Shown piece by piece: positions 39,319 to 52,304 of a stretch of DNA of 64,000 bases; position 1 is the first letter of the stretch, and the number at the start of each line of letters is the position of its first letter. Source of the stretch: Octopus vulgaris. Its lineage: Eukaryota. A program made the position numbers and the translations under genes. Where the stretch lies: contig OX597816.1 of NCBI GenBank assembly GCA_951406725.2, positions 49,228,001 to 49,292,000 of the forward strand. Direction: 5' to 3'. The notes under the pieces were generated by a model that had not been told where the DNA came from, ran no database searches, and saw only the letters and a program-made list of their open reading frames with translations.

Positions 39319-40542
39319 CTAGATGTGTAAGGTATTTGAGGACATACCTCTTTTGGGTCATTGCTGTATTTTTGCTAACTCTATAATCTTTGTTGCAGAT
39401 AATAATAATATCAGACCCTCAGTTTACTCAAGAAATGAAGAGGAATGCTGTTATTGAGATTATAAAGGCTGAGCATAGCGGCTTAGAAATGCATCGGCTT
39501 TTAAAAGTTGTCAGATCTTTCGTCAACAAAATTTGTGGGGAGCTAGAAACAGAAAATGGAAAGGTATCACCAGTGTCAAACCAATAAAAAGCATTCTAAA
39601 CGCTCTGAAATCATTAGCACACCTTAATGTATCCACCAAGTTACAATCCTAAAATATCCATGCGGTCAGTTGCAAAAGCTCTCCATATGTCGGAAGGAAC
39701 AGTCAAAAATGTTATCCACGAACGCATCAGCTATAAGTCTTATATGATGCGGAAAGTCAATTTGTCAGAAAAGGCAAAAGAAAATCACTACATTAGATCT
39801 AAAAGGTTCTTAAGCGAACTGAAAATCCAGCAGAATATCTGATTTGGTTTTTCTCAAACGAGAAAAAAGTTAAGAGACAAAATGACAGATTATTATGTGC
39901 AGACCCTTCTGAAATTCCAAGTGTCATGCGTACAAAATTTCCTGCAACCATTATGGATTTAGGGGTTGTCAGGAATGAAGGGCATGTGATGCCTCCTTAC
40001 TTTTTCCCCACAAGGCCTTAGAGTTAACTCTGCCACCTACATTGAGATCCTGGAAGTAATTGTTAAGCCCTGGACACACAGTGTATGCAATTGAATGCCA
40101 TATGTGTTTCTGTAAGATTCTGCACTATCACACATGGCTCTAGTAACACAGGAATGGATGATTGAACATTTTCATGATCACATAACCCCTAACATTTGGC
40201 CTCCTAATTCCTCAGATCTCCATCCATTGGAATAGTACATGTGGAGCGTTGTTGACAGAGGGGTCAATTAACACATCCATAACACCAAAGATTCATTGAA
40301 AGCTGCCATAGTCAGAGTAATTTCCAAAACGAACTAGAACCACTGGATTCGTGCTTGTAGATGATTTAGATCTCATATAGAAGCAGTTGTTGAAGCTGAA
40401 GGTGGCTTTATTGAATAGCATTATACTAAAGAAGGTTTATTTTTATCCTTATAGCATTTTTTGATAAATAAAGTTCTGTTATTATATAACTGTATTTTTT
40501 CTTATAAACATAAATCTGTCCTCAAATACCTTACGTACCCTG
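39319..40542 (+). mobile_element. maT (DD37D) Tc1/mariner element, decayed
   Basis: TIRs gtaaggtatttgaggaca / tgtcctcaaataccttac...cctg TA; motifs FFSNEKK, KFPATIM.LGVV.NEG.VMPP, DSALSH...WPPNSSDLHPL with 37 residues between the 2nd and 3rd acidic positions; stops and frameshifts. Confidence 0.85.
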
Positions 40543-41079
40543 TATATGCATGTGTGTGCAGAAGTGGGTGTGTATGATTGTATTAATGTAACATATGTAT
40601 ATATAAATTCTTATATACACATATGTAAATCTAAGTGTACAACTCTCCAGCACCGTTTATGTGTGTGTTTATAAATATACACTAAGATACATATACGCAC
40701 ACATACGCAAACCTGCGAACTCACATACATACATATGTGCATATATAAATGTATATTATGCGCCCAGGGACAGAGCATCAACAACATAAATAAAGTTCGA
40801 GATACTTCAGGAAGTCTTGTTTATTCCATTAACTTGGTTATATGATTAATTTTCATTTGAAGCTAATCATTAAGAAAGCTATTGATACAGAATTCGTTAT
40901 TGAAATTGGATGTCTTTAAAAAGAGCGTAATCTTCTCAAATATAGCATAGAAGAAGTCTTTGATCTCTAAATCTACAGAGCATTGTGTGCCATTTATAAA
41001 CATATTTAAGTAATACTTAATAACACTTCTGTATTTGAAGTTATTTAAGCGCTTCTCATTCTTTCAAACTCATAAATAT

Positions 41080-41480
41080 AGCTCAGTCTCAAACGTCTGC
41101 CAATCCAAGCCGCACAGTGACACATTCCTTTTGAAATAACCCACAAATGAAATAATCAGAAACCAAAAGGAAATGTTTAGCGTAGGCCATTGTATGTCAC
41201 CCCATTGGGAAATGAAATGGGTTGTAAGAATTTCTCCAACAAAGCCCCTGTAAGGGCTTCCTATATTTGCGGTAATTCCGATTTGTTGAAACCATACGTA
41301 CAACGCATGAATGATACGTTTGTTCATTCCTTGTAAAATGAAGATATGCGATATCAGCACTTAGAAATCTGAAATTAGTGGTATAATTTGTTTTCCTGCG
41401 AAAAACAGAACGAAATAATGGGCTTATTAGAACAATCGTAGCCAATACGTCTTTACTTTTTTTACCCTTTTTCAGTGAAA
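41080..41480 (-). mobile_element. Decayed rosa-like (DD41D) Tc1/mariner fragment
   Basis: WFQQIGITA...FISQWGDIQWP...FVGYFK resembles WFQQDGATAH...ISR.GDI.WP...LWGYLK. Confidence 0.6.
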
Positions 41481-42600
41481 ACGGCATTCATGTGATTGGG
41501 ATGGAGTTCGGTCTGAACACTTGTGGTTATTTTGCTCGTTGCAACCAGACCGATTGCAATGCCCATAGGATCGAATCCGAAACCGTGTAGATACAAAACA
41601 TACTTCTTAACGTAATCTAAGGTTTATATCTATTCAGAGGTAAATTCAATACTCACTTCATTATGACAAATTTTCACTCGTTTCATGTTCACCAATCTGT
41701 AAGCGAACATGCTCAATCCAAGTTCAACAAATCCACTCTGTCGATGTACGATCGCGATCTCTATCTTTACTCGAGCCTATGTCTTTCAGTTTTTTAAACT
41801 TCTGTTAATTTATTTCAACATAGAACGTTAAAAGAAAAAAAGTGGAGAAAGATAAAAAAAAGATAAAAAGAAAAACAGAAAAACTGGTGTATGGAGAATT
41901 AGTGTGATAATGATTATTGTTCTATAAACATAACCTAACGGATAATGATTCACAAATCTTCAGTCATATATGCATTAATAGGGTTGAACTTAAACAATCA
42001 CCCACACAAATGCATCCAACTCACATATACAGGCGGATGTGTACAAATATAAATACTTATATAAGACGGTGTATGCATGTTTGTTTGTGGTTGAGCAGAC
42101 ACGAGCAGAAGGAATTGCGTAGAATATCGAAGGTACAATATAAATAATGATTTATCCAGAAATTTACATAGAAAATAATGGTATATATGTTAAAGATAAG
42201 AATGGCTATGATACATACAGACATATGTACACTGAACCACAAGCTTACATTCACGCACATATATTCTACACGATATTATGCATAAAAATACCCATACTCC
42301 ATCATATATGTTCACACAAATATATATGTATATATGTGTGTATACATATATAAATACGTACATATATATAGATATGCACACAAATATAAGTATGTATGTA
42401 TGTTTGTGTCTGTTTGTATATATGCATCCTCTGTTTATATGCACAAAATGTGTACGTATAGAGACACGTGTGCAAATAAATTTTTCACTCACACACTGAA
42501 TCCCAGACACGTCAAACAAAAATAATAAAAAATCGCATATATTATACACATCTAATCGCTCAAATGCCGCGCATAAACACACACGAACAAGCACACACAC

Positions 42601-42642
<42 letters not shown>

Positions 42643-43008
42643 TTCTTTCGCTTTCTTTATAAATAATTTATTATTTATAGTAGAAGCTAGCAAATATGCC
42701 ATCTCCAATTCTTCGTGGAAATGAGTTATCTTCTAACGTATGACTTTCAATCCCATTTTCAAGAAATCTTAAGTTCAATATGCCTATACAAATGCATACT
42801 TTCAACTTACATACAGTCAAACAGAAACAAATGAAATACACACACACACAGACACCAACACAGACACACACACATGTGTGTGTGTGTGTAAATATATATA
42901 GAGACAAATATCTATATATCCGTGTCTCCCCACCTCTGTCTATCTCTCAGAATATACACACACATACACATATATCCATGCACATACATACACATACATA
43001 CATGTACG

Positions 43009-43068
<60 letters not shown>

Positions 43069-43074
43069 CATACA

Positions 43075-43116
<42 letters not shown>

Positions 43117-43122
43117 CATACA

Positions 43123-43166
<44 letters not shown>

Positions 43167-43324
43167 TATGTAACCACACACACACACATATATACACACA
43201 CACCTATGCGTATATACGTGTGTGTAGCTTGACGCTACTCATCATTTTTCTAGTCCTTTCCACCTCCCTTAGCATATTGGTCAATTACTTCACTCCTTCC
43301 ATTCTAGCCTTCTTGTGCGCAGAA

Positions 43325-43855
43325 TAATTATAATAACACTTTATTTACTGGCCAGAAGGGCCTACACAAAAAAAACAACAACAAACAAAAGGACATTACA
43401 CAAAACAAACAAGGATCAGAGGGGTTTAGACGATGCGTGTAAATAGTAAATAAACAAAACCAATTAACAATAGAATTCGAACAATAAAATTCTCCAATGG
43501 GGGAAATCCAAAAATGAGCATCCAAGGAAAGCCCACATACCATGAACACCCCGATCACACAGGACGCCTCAGGAAAGCACATCTCTTCTCTTCACCCTCC
43601 CCAGCCTACAAGCGCGTACTTAGTGTAGGCCCATTCACACGGGCCATTGTCGCCATATTCACCCACCTTTCAACAAACTTATCGGGGGTCAGCACCTCCC
43701 ACTCCACCCGGATCTTCCTTTTCTGGTGGAACCTGAAAAAGTTAATGAGTCCTTGGCCGAAGAGCAAAGTGCCTATCTTCCATCCTTTCAGACGCGTCCT
43801 CCATACCACCCCTTTCGTCATAGGCTCCAGACAGAGAAAAACAGCGTGACCTTCC
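43325..43855 (-). mobile_element. Tx1-clade LINE 3' fragment
   Basis: ORF 43606-43821 KGVVWRTRLKG...LINFFRFHQKRKIRVE...FVERW resembles the L1/Tx1 ORF2 C-terminus; 3'UTR ends ggcccttctggccagtaAATAAAgtgttatta. Confidence 0.7.
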
Positions 43856-43860
43856 CGGAA

Positions 43861-43928
43861 TGTGGTTGAGCTTTTCCCCTTTTACTAGGCCACTGTTTAC
43901 GACGTTTAACATTTCGATAGAAGATCCA
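43861..43928 (-). mobile_element. 68-bp internal mariner fragment
   Basis: Reverse complement of 47226-47293 with 2 mismatches (WIFYRNVKRRKQWP). Confidence 0.9.
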
Positions 43929-43974
43929 TAGAAGGAATGTGGAGGAGCGATCTTTGCGATGGACTCGGACGAGA

Positions 43975-44203
43975 GATATGGCTACTCGACATGAAGAAAA
44001 TTCTAACTGGGTCCAACTGCAAGGTGACATGCTGTTTATCTTGATATGAGATCACTATGTCGTGCACATATGGGTGTGATACATGTGCCTGATGTACCCT
44101 TATCAGATGGGTAGTTATGACGGGTATACTGGGCTTCGTATATTATACCCATGGCATGCACTGCTTTCTCACCCAATAACAACAACAACAACAACAACAA
44201 CAA

Positions 44204-44255
<52 letters not shown>

Positions 44256-44285
44256 AACAACAGTAACAACAACAACAACAACAAC

Positions 44286-44315
<30 letters not shown>
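43975..44315 (+). mobile_element. Partial copy of the 30482-31030 family with (AAC)n/(AAT)n tail
   Basis: Aligned by eye to ~30820-31030. Confidence 0.8.
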
Positions 44316-44318
<3 letters not shown>

Positions 44319-45005
44319 CCCATATATTTTGCGTCACGTTTTAAGTGAGGACACAGAATCAGGACAAAACAATCCGTTACCCAGGGTTGTAACTTTGAAT
44401 TACATGTAAAATGTAACCGGCAAGCTTCGCTGCAGTTTGCATTTATCGAATTTTATTAATGATATAAGAGTGTAACTGAGGCTTTTGTAAATAACAATTG
44501 CCGAACACACCAGTCATATATCGAAGGCAAAATTTTCTTCAGTCACACGTGAGAAATATAGCGCCTATATATACATATATACATAATATGCTAAAATGAT
44601 CCGTTGGAGCAGCATATATTTAGAATTCTAAATGAAAAAGCTTTCAGTGATTGTTCATGATTTCATTATCTACAGCTGCTATTTACATTAAAAAGAAACA
44701 TTATTACCATAATTACACAGTTAAGATACATAATTAATTAATATAAATTGATTTAAATTAAATAAATTTTAAGTAATATTTATACGAAACTATCAGGAAT
44801 ATTACGGGTTATGGTAATCAGAGATCTAAATATTCCTAAAAACTTCAAATAAACGTAGCTTTAAATTCATTTAATTTAAAGTATAATATATTAATTATTT
44901 ATTTATCTTAATTACGTAATTACGAGATTAATGATGTTTTTTCCCAATGAAATAGCTGTGAAATGAAATTAAATTATGAGCTAGTTGTGAAATATACGCT
45001 TTTTG

Positions 45006-45061
<56 letters not shown>

Positions 45062-45376
45062 TGAGAGAGAGAGAGAGAGAGATATGTATAAATGCGCATT
45101 TATATATATATATATATATATATAGTCATGTATATAGTCATGTATATAATAATATAGTATATATATTTGTATAGATTAACTTAGTTGTAATGTATATACA
45201 TACATGTATTTTGGATAGCCTAAACATTTTCTGATCTCAAAATCAGTTTAACAGCATCGTTTGAATAGAACGTATTCCATTCAATATTGACAGTCTTCTC
45301 TGAGTTTCGTCCATGGATGTTCAAGTTTTTGAAGAACATCCAATATTTGATAAAACTGCAAAACTGCAAAACTGCA

Positions 45377-45800
45377 AGCTAGCAGAATCCTTCACGCCGG
45401 ACAAAATGCTTAGCGGCTTTCCGTCCGTCTTTACACGTTTAGGGGTCAAATTCCGGTAGAGTCGAGTTTATTTTTATCCTTTCGGGGTCGATAAAAATAA
45501 GCACCAGCTGAGCACTGGGGTCGCTGTAATTGATTTACTCCCTCCCTTCCTCAAAATCTCTGGTTTTGTGCAAAATATGAAACCAGGATTTAATTAGTTT
45601 AAAGGCAGCAATCTGGCAGAATAGTTAGTATGATGGGCAAAATGCTAACCGTCATTCCGTACGTCTTTACATTCTTGGTTTGAATTCCTTCAGGGTCGAC
45701 TTTATCTTCATCCTTTCAGTTTCGATAAAATAAGTACCCGCTGAGAACTGGTTCGTTTAAATAAACTTACTCCCCACCCCGAAATTGTTGGCTTTATGGG
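45377..45800 (+). mobile_element. Two decayed family A SINEs
   Basis: gctagcagaatc / ggcagcaatctggcagaatagttag heads; tcctttcggggtcgataaaaataagcaccag cores. Confidence 0.7.
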
Positions 45801-46154
45801 TTGTTAAATGCAGCAGCGAATACTTTAGATTAAGTTAACTGATCCATGGTGCTGGAACGAGAGTAGGTGTTTATGCAACATGGTTGGAGCAACCAGACGC
45901 GGGTATCTGATATTAGATAACCTGAAATATCCGATAACTTCAGTTCTTACCGATAATGATGCACTGTATCACTTTTAGGAACATATCTTACTCACACGAG
46001 TACACATTCACACACACATACACACGCAAATGCACACTCACACGCAAACTTTCTCATCACCTCGCTCTTTCTACATATATGCATGCATACATACTTCCAA
46101 ACCACCTGTAATCGTCCGGGCTGTATATTAAGGGTTGGTGTCAACTAACACCCT

Positions 46155-46380
46155 CACAGGAAAAGCAGTAAAATGTGACAACCGATGCAGACTTTGTGAA
46201 GCTAACTCTAAAGATACCACCCACATTATAAGCAGTTGTGCTTATGTCATCATGGGATTATCTATGGCATGTAGCTAGAACAGTATGTACTGAAATCCGA
46301 CGGAAGAATAAACCCACGGACATAGAAATAAGAAACCACAATACTGGTAGAAGCCATAACCACTCTTAATAAAAAGGGAA
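46155..46380 (+). mobile_element. R4/Dong-like RLE LINE fragment (zinc knuckle)
   Basis: GKAVKCDNRCRLCEANSKDTTHIISSC...VARTVCTEIRRK = CxxC-x8-H-x4-C knuckle typical of RLE non-LTR elements. Confidence 0.7.
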
Positions 46381-46576
46381 TATGTATGTATATAACCATA
46401 TGCACGGAACACGAACCCACATGTCTTTGTTTTTGCGACAAGTGTGCTAACTATTTACACCAACGTACAAACTCGATTCTTGTCAAATTCAAGAACTATA
46501 ATTCATGTTTTTTTTTGCAATGGTTATTGTTTTTGTGTAAGCAGCGTCAATTTTGACAATTCTGTAAATAATAATA

Positions 46577-47860
46577 TAAGGTCATCCCATAAGTTCTGTC
46601 AGATTTTATCTTTTTTTAAAATTGAATGAAAGTTAATAGTATTTTCGAATATCTAATGGAATTTAAAATCATTTTTATGTATTTGTGCACTTTTAAACTA
46701 ATTAAATATTATTTTACAGAATAATAGAATTAAAATTTCTTTGATTAAACCCTTTCTAATATGGAAGTATCCAAAGAGCATTTGAGGCACATAATGCTTT
46801 ATGTGTACAAAAAAGGAAACTCTGCTGCAGAAGCGACTCGAAACATACACTCAGTTTATAGGAAAGAATGCTTGAATGAAAGAACTTGCAGAAGATGGTT
46901 TGCAAAATTCAGAAGTGGAGATTTCAGCCTTGAAGTTGAAGATCGAACAGGACGTCCAGTTGAGTTTGATGATAAGCTCCTTGAGGCATTACTTGTAGAA
47001 AATCCTGCATTATCAGTTAAAGAATTGGCAATAAAGCTTAGTTCAAACCATGCAACTGTTCATCGTCATCTTCAACAACTTGGAAAGGTTCCTAAACTTG
47101 GAAAATGGGTGTCTTATGAATTGTCCGAAAGCAACCGCAAATCCCGAGTTGACATCTGCTCTTCTCTCCATTCTAGTGAACTCATTTCATCCTTATTGGA
47201 TAGACTTGTGACTGGTGACGATAAATGGATCTTCTATCGAAATGTTAAACGTCGTAAACAGTGGCCTGGTAAAAAGGGAAAAGCTCAACCACAACCGAGA
47301 AGGGAACTTCATAGGAAAAAGATTCTTCTCTTAATCTGGTGGGATTGCAAAGGAGTAATTCACTTTGAGTTGTTACCACCTAATGCAACAATCAATGCTC
47401 AAGTCCACTGTCAGCAATTAGAGTGTTTGAACCAAGATTGGAAGAAAAAAGACCCGCTTTACACACACGAAAAGGAGTGATGTTTCATCAGGACAGTTCG
47501 CGACCACACACTGCAAAGATCACATCACAGAGGATCGAAGAAGGTTGGGAAAAATCCTCATCCAACTTATTCTACCAACGTTGCTCCTTCAGACTACTAT
47601 TTGTTCCTAAGTTTACAGAATCATTTGGGGGATATAACATTCGCAAGCCAGGAGCAGGTTGAAACTGAGATTTGAGAGTTCTTCGCTTTGAAACCAAGAG
47701 AGTTTTACACTGATGGGATTAAAAAGCTTGAAAATAGATGAAAGGAAGTCGTAGCTAATCAAAGAAAGTACATTGATGATTAAATTTCAGTTAAATATAA
47801 CACTTGATCACTTGTTTTTTGAAGATGCAAAATTCGGATAGAAGTTGTGTGATGAACTGA
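46577..47860 (+). mobile_element. Full-length (1284 bp) mariner element
   Basis: TA at 46575-6 and 47861-2; diverged TIRs taaggtcatcccataagttctgtc / gatagaagttgtgtgatgaactga. Confidence 0.9.
46761..47783 (+). pseudogene. Mariner DD34D transposase pseudogene
   Basis: HTH motifs RRWFAKFRSGDFSLE, GRP; WVSYEL (WVPHEL), TGDDKW, HQDSSRPH, YSTNVAPSDY; frameshift near 47437 and further lesions. Confidence 0.92.
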
Positions 47861-48915
47861 TACTATTTTATAAGCTTAAAGCTTATAAGCGATGACTGTG
47901 CAATGACTAAAGAACATAATCTAATAATGGTCATATAAGCCCCGAAAAACCTACTTTTTTCCGTCGAGAGCATATTTCCTTCAAATGTAAGCTCACAATG
48001 ACATAGTAACTTATTCTCCCTATTCATTATTTTTAGGCATTAGTTTGAAATTGCATATTCTAACTCTTTTTCAAGTACATTATCCAAACTTGTATGTTGC
48101 TGCGAAATACATTCCGCTATTCACTTGTTTTAAATTGTAGGACCTGGTGTGTTATCAAAGGAGAGCGGTATATCTATATACCAAATGAAAGGATTCATAA
48201 AGCATGCACTTAGAATTGCGTGTTAAAATAAGGTGTTCTTTCAAAATGAACTGTATTTTTTGAGTCTAAATGCATCTCGAAGTGTTTGTGGATTAACGGT
48301 TTGTTTTAGAGGAAAGGTTTTATGAAACTTAGTACTGGATTCTACAACTCCAATGACAGCTGTATGCAATGCTATTATCTAATATATTTAAAAATATCTT
48401 CATTATGCATATTGCAGATAACTGAAGAAATAGTATAGAGTCAATCGAATCTATTTCCGTCAACGAGTTACTTAATTCTGAACGCCCCACTGCGGTTCTT
48501 TATGAAGAATTATTATAGCTACAGATTTGGAGCAAGTCACTATATGATGCAGAGGCTTAACTGCTCAAATGTTATTTCTATAGGGTCGATGAATATCAAT
48601 GTAATACCGAGACGATGTAATCGACTATTTTTTTTTATTTAACTGTAAAGTCATTTATGGTTAGAAATAGACACGTCTATTGACTTTGTTTAAGCTCAAA
48701 GTAAATTTTGGAAAGTAATTGAATGTAGCTAACTTGTTATTCTTCTTTAGTCCCACAAAAGCTGTTATCGAGCTGACATATGATCGAAGACTTTCCAAAA
48801 ATCAACAATCCTGTAATTTTAGATGCACATCTATGCACACACGTATATATATATATATGTGTGTGTGTGAGTGTGTGTATATATATATATATATACAAAC
48901 ATATACATGTATATG

Positions 48916-48973
<58 letters not shown>

Positions 48974-49068
48974 GGAGTAAACACATAAATGTGAAACAAG
49001 GTGGAAAAAAGAGTACTCAAATACCAGTGGTAGAGTAATATGCTTTATTTTAAGCAGCAGAAAATTCA

Positions 49069-49120
49069 ACAAAATCTGTTACTCTGAGTTTCTCGTTGCC
49101 GTTCATCAGACAGTTTTTGC
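49069..49120 (-). ncRNA. Type-I hammerhead ribozyme (left arm copy)
   Basis: Reverse complement of 51439-51490. Confidence 0.8.
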
Positions 49121-50105
49121 TAGAATGGAACATATATATTAATTCAATCTATACTCTTACAAACGCTACACCTTTAAAAAGAAATGGACTTGTTTGATTG
49201 GCCCTTTAGAAAAAACGGTCAATCTTCGAGCGATAAACAAAAAGGTCAAAAATATATGTATATATATATAAAAAACTTATAAAAATTATAAAATCCGAGG
49301 AAAAAACCGAGGAAAAAACCGAGGAAAAAACCTATTGCCGTTAATGAAGACAGTACAAATTAATGCATAGAAATTAAACCTGTTATAAATACTGCAATAC
49401 ATATTTATATTAAAATCCACATATATATATCAACATACACAAAAGGATGCGCGTAAACGCCATACATACATATACAGACGTATGAATATGAATCTAAATT
49501 ATACACATAAAAGCATGTGTACATATATTCACGCAAACCGTCTCGCACGCAAGCTAAAATTCATCTATGTAGCAATTCTCATATACTGAGCAAGGAGGGG
49601 GAACGAAAGAAAGGGAAAGAGAGAAAAAAGAAATGAAGGAGGGGTGGGGAAAACTTGTAGCGATATTATTGGCATCTATAGAGGCCAGTATACATACACA
49701 AGTTTGAATTGATACATATACATACCGTCGTGTGTATGCGTGCTTACGCACAAGCATACTTTCACTTACACAATACACAGATACGCATGCTTACAAATAT
49801 ATATGCTTTGCTATATACAAACATATATAAACATTCTAAATTTGACAACATTGCTTTTTTTAAAAAAAACATTGCTTTTAAAATAAAATAAAATAAAATC
49901 TTGTTTTAAATGAATTTTCTGAATCCCCTGTGTATGTCTTGTATTCCGATGAGCCTTCCACTTGCACCTTGGCTCTATAAACTACTCATTTCACTATACA
50001 TTTCCCTTCTAACGGACAGGAGCTTTCGTTTTTGAAATTACATTTCTTAATGGGCTCGGCACCATGTCTAATCTCAATTAGCTTCCTATTATGTTGGCTA
50101 ACGTA

Positions 50106-50436
50106 AGAAAATTCATTTAAAACAAGATTTTATTCTCATAAGAATTCTTTTAAATACCCAGAGAACAGAAAGAAAACCAGCCTAGCAAAATATGTCTGGG
50201 AACTAAAAGAAAAGGAAGCCCCACCTTTCAACGTGACATGGAGCATTCTGGACAGGGCGGCACCATACAGGCATGGAGCTTACAAATATAATTTCAAGTG
50301 CAGGCTCTGCTTATTAGAAAAAATGCACATATTATTCAAAGACAATAATTCTTTGAATCAAAGAAGTGAATTAATGAACTTATGTAGGCACACGGCTAAA
50401 TTTAAAATGTCGAATATAAATATACCATATGGATAG
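50106..50436 (+). pseudogene. Naiad GIY-YIG endonuclease C-half (truncated)
   Basis: Open frame ENSFKTRFYSHKNSFKYPENRKKTSLAKYVWELKEKEAPPFNVTWSILDRAAPY...CRLCLLEK...RSELMNLCRH. Confidence 0.9.
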
Positions 50437-51438
50437 AGTATATATTTTGTATTTTGATTTTTTGATTTTGATTTTGACTCTTGAGCGCTACGACGGACAT
50501 ATAGCAAAGTCTTATTGTTTCTACATATATATTAGGAAAAACCTACAAACTCTGTTTTCATGTTATTGTATTGCATAAGATTACCTTGATTATTTATATT
50601 ACCTTGATTATTTATATATGACCCAAAATAGGATGTTATATTTTATTTTATATGTCTTTCGTATATATTTTTATTAATGCACCCATTTTTTAAAAGCAAT
50701 GTTTTTTTTTAAAAAAAGCAATGTTGTCAAATTTAGAATGTTTATATATGTTTGTATATAGCAAAGCATATATATTTGTAAGCATGCGTATCTGTGTATG
50801 TGTAAGTGAAAGTATGCTTGTGCGTAAGCACGCATACACACGACGGTATGTATATGTATCAATTCAAACTTGTGTATGTATACTGGCCTCTATAGATGCC
50901 AATAATATCGCTACAAGTTTTCCCCACCCCTCCTTCATTTCTTTTTTCTCTCTTTCCCTTTCTTTCGTTCCCCCTCCTTGCTCAGTATATGAGAATTGCT
51001 ACATAGATGAATTTTAGCATGCGTGCGAGACGGTTTGCGTGAATATATGTACACATGCTTTTATGTGTATAATTTAGATTCATATTCATACGTCTGTATA
51101 TGTATGTATGGCGTTTACGCGCATCCTTTTGTGTATGTTGATATATATATGTGGATTTTAATATAAATATGTATTGCAGTATTTATAACAGGTTTAATTT
51201 CTATGCATTAATTTGTACTGTCTTCATTAACGGCAATAGGTTTTTTCCTCGGTTTTTTCCTCGGATTTTATAATTTTTATAAGTTTTTTATATATATATA
51301 CATATATTTTTGACCTTTTTGTTTATCGCTCGAAGATTGACCGTTTTTTCTAAAGGGCCAATCAAACAAGTCCATTTCTTTTTAAAGGTGTAGCGTTTGT
51401 AAGAGTATAGATTGAATTAATATATATGTTCCATTCTA

Positions 51439-51490
51439 GCAAAAACTGTCTGATGAACGGCAACGAGAAACTCAGAGTAACAGATTTTGT
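51439..51490 (+). ncRNA. Type-I hammerhead ribozyme (right arm copy)
   Basis: gcaaaaaCTGT CTGATGA a CG gcaa CG a GAAA CTCaGAG TA ACAGattttgt: ~10-bp stem I, GNRA-capped 2-bp stem II, near-palindromic stem III, GUA triplet. Confidence 0.8.
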
Positions 51491-51515
51491 TGAATTTTCT
51501 GCTGCTTAAAATAAA

Positions 51516-51613
<98 letters not shown>

Positions 51614-51951
51614 CTTTCACCACTTCATATCATCTTAGCATAACAGCCCTCACCGTTTGTTTTACTGTTTTGGTCTCACTGCCCTGTTTTTGTTACCACT
51701 TTCACCCTCCGCAAAACATCCCAAATTTTATTTAATTTGCTTTACTGAACTGCTTTAACGAAGTCGCATGTTGTCCTTACCTTCGAAACACAGACCAGAT
51801 GAAACAAGGGACAACTGATGAAGGGAATGTTCTTTATGTTGCATGTCTCGTTTCTTTGTGTTTCTCGTTGTTCGAAAATAGTTCGTTTTCTATAGTCTTG
51901 TTTTTTCTTCTCATTCTACGTTTTTTTTTTATGCCCTATACACTTATATGC

Positions 51952-51998
<47 letters not shown>

Positions 51999-52304
51999 GG
52001 TATGTACGTAAATGTAAGTATATATGCATATATTTATAAATCATTTATATTATTATATGATCGAACGCCACGCATCCTTTTCCATGTAAGTGTTATCTTA
52101 AAAATTACGATGCGCACTCTTATTCTATCTCTTTTCTGTCTATCTATCTCCCTCTCTTTTTCTTCTTCCTTTCTGTTTTTCTCTCCCACCCTTTCCCTAT
52201 TCTTCTCCTCTCCCCTTCACTCTTCCCTCTTTCTTTCTCTCACTCTTCCTTCTTGACTCTCTCGTTATCATTATTAATTTTATTATATATATATATTTAT
52301 TTAT

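Larger units (their letters stand above)
48971..51516 (+). mobile_element. Young Naiad-type PLE insertion with long inverted arms
   Basis: Arms 49044-49883 and 50688-51516 nearly identical; GIY-YIG N-half inverted (49892-50104), C-half 50106-50436 ending CRLCLLEK...LNQRSELMNLCRH; (TA)n on both flanks. Confidence 0.9.

Noticed and set aside
50437-51440. SECIS element in the Naiad 3'UTR
   Set aside because: The ATGA candidates (~50628, 50989, 51007) lack the correct stem length, apical AA and GA quartet by eye; needs SECISearch.
51770-51835. ggacaaCTGATGAaggg with an upstream cttcGAAAc, possible permuted hammerhead
   Set aside because: Could not build consistent stems I and III or a cleavage triplet.
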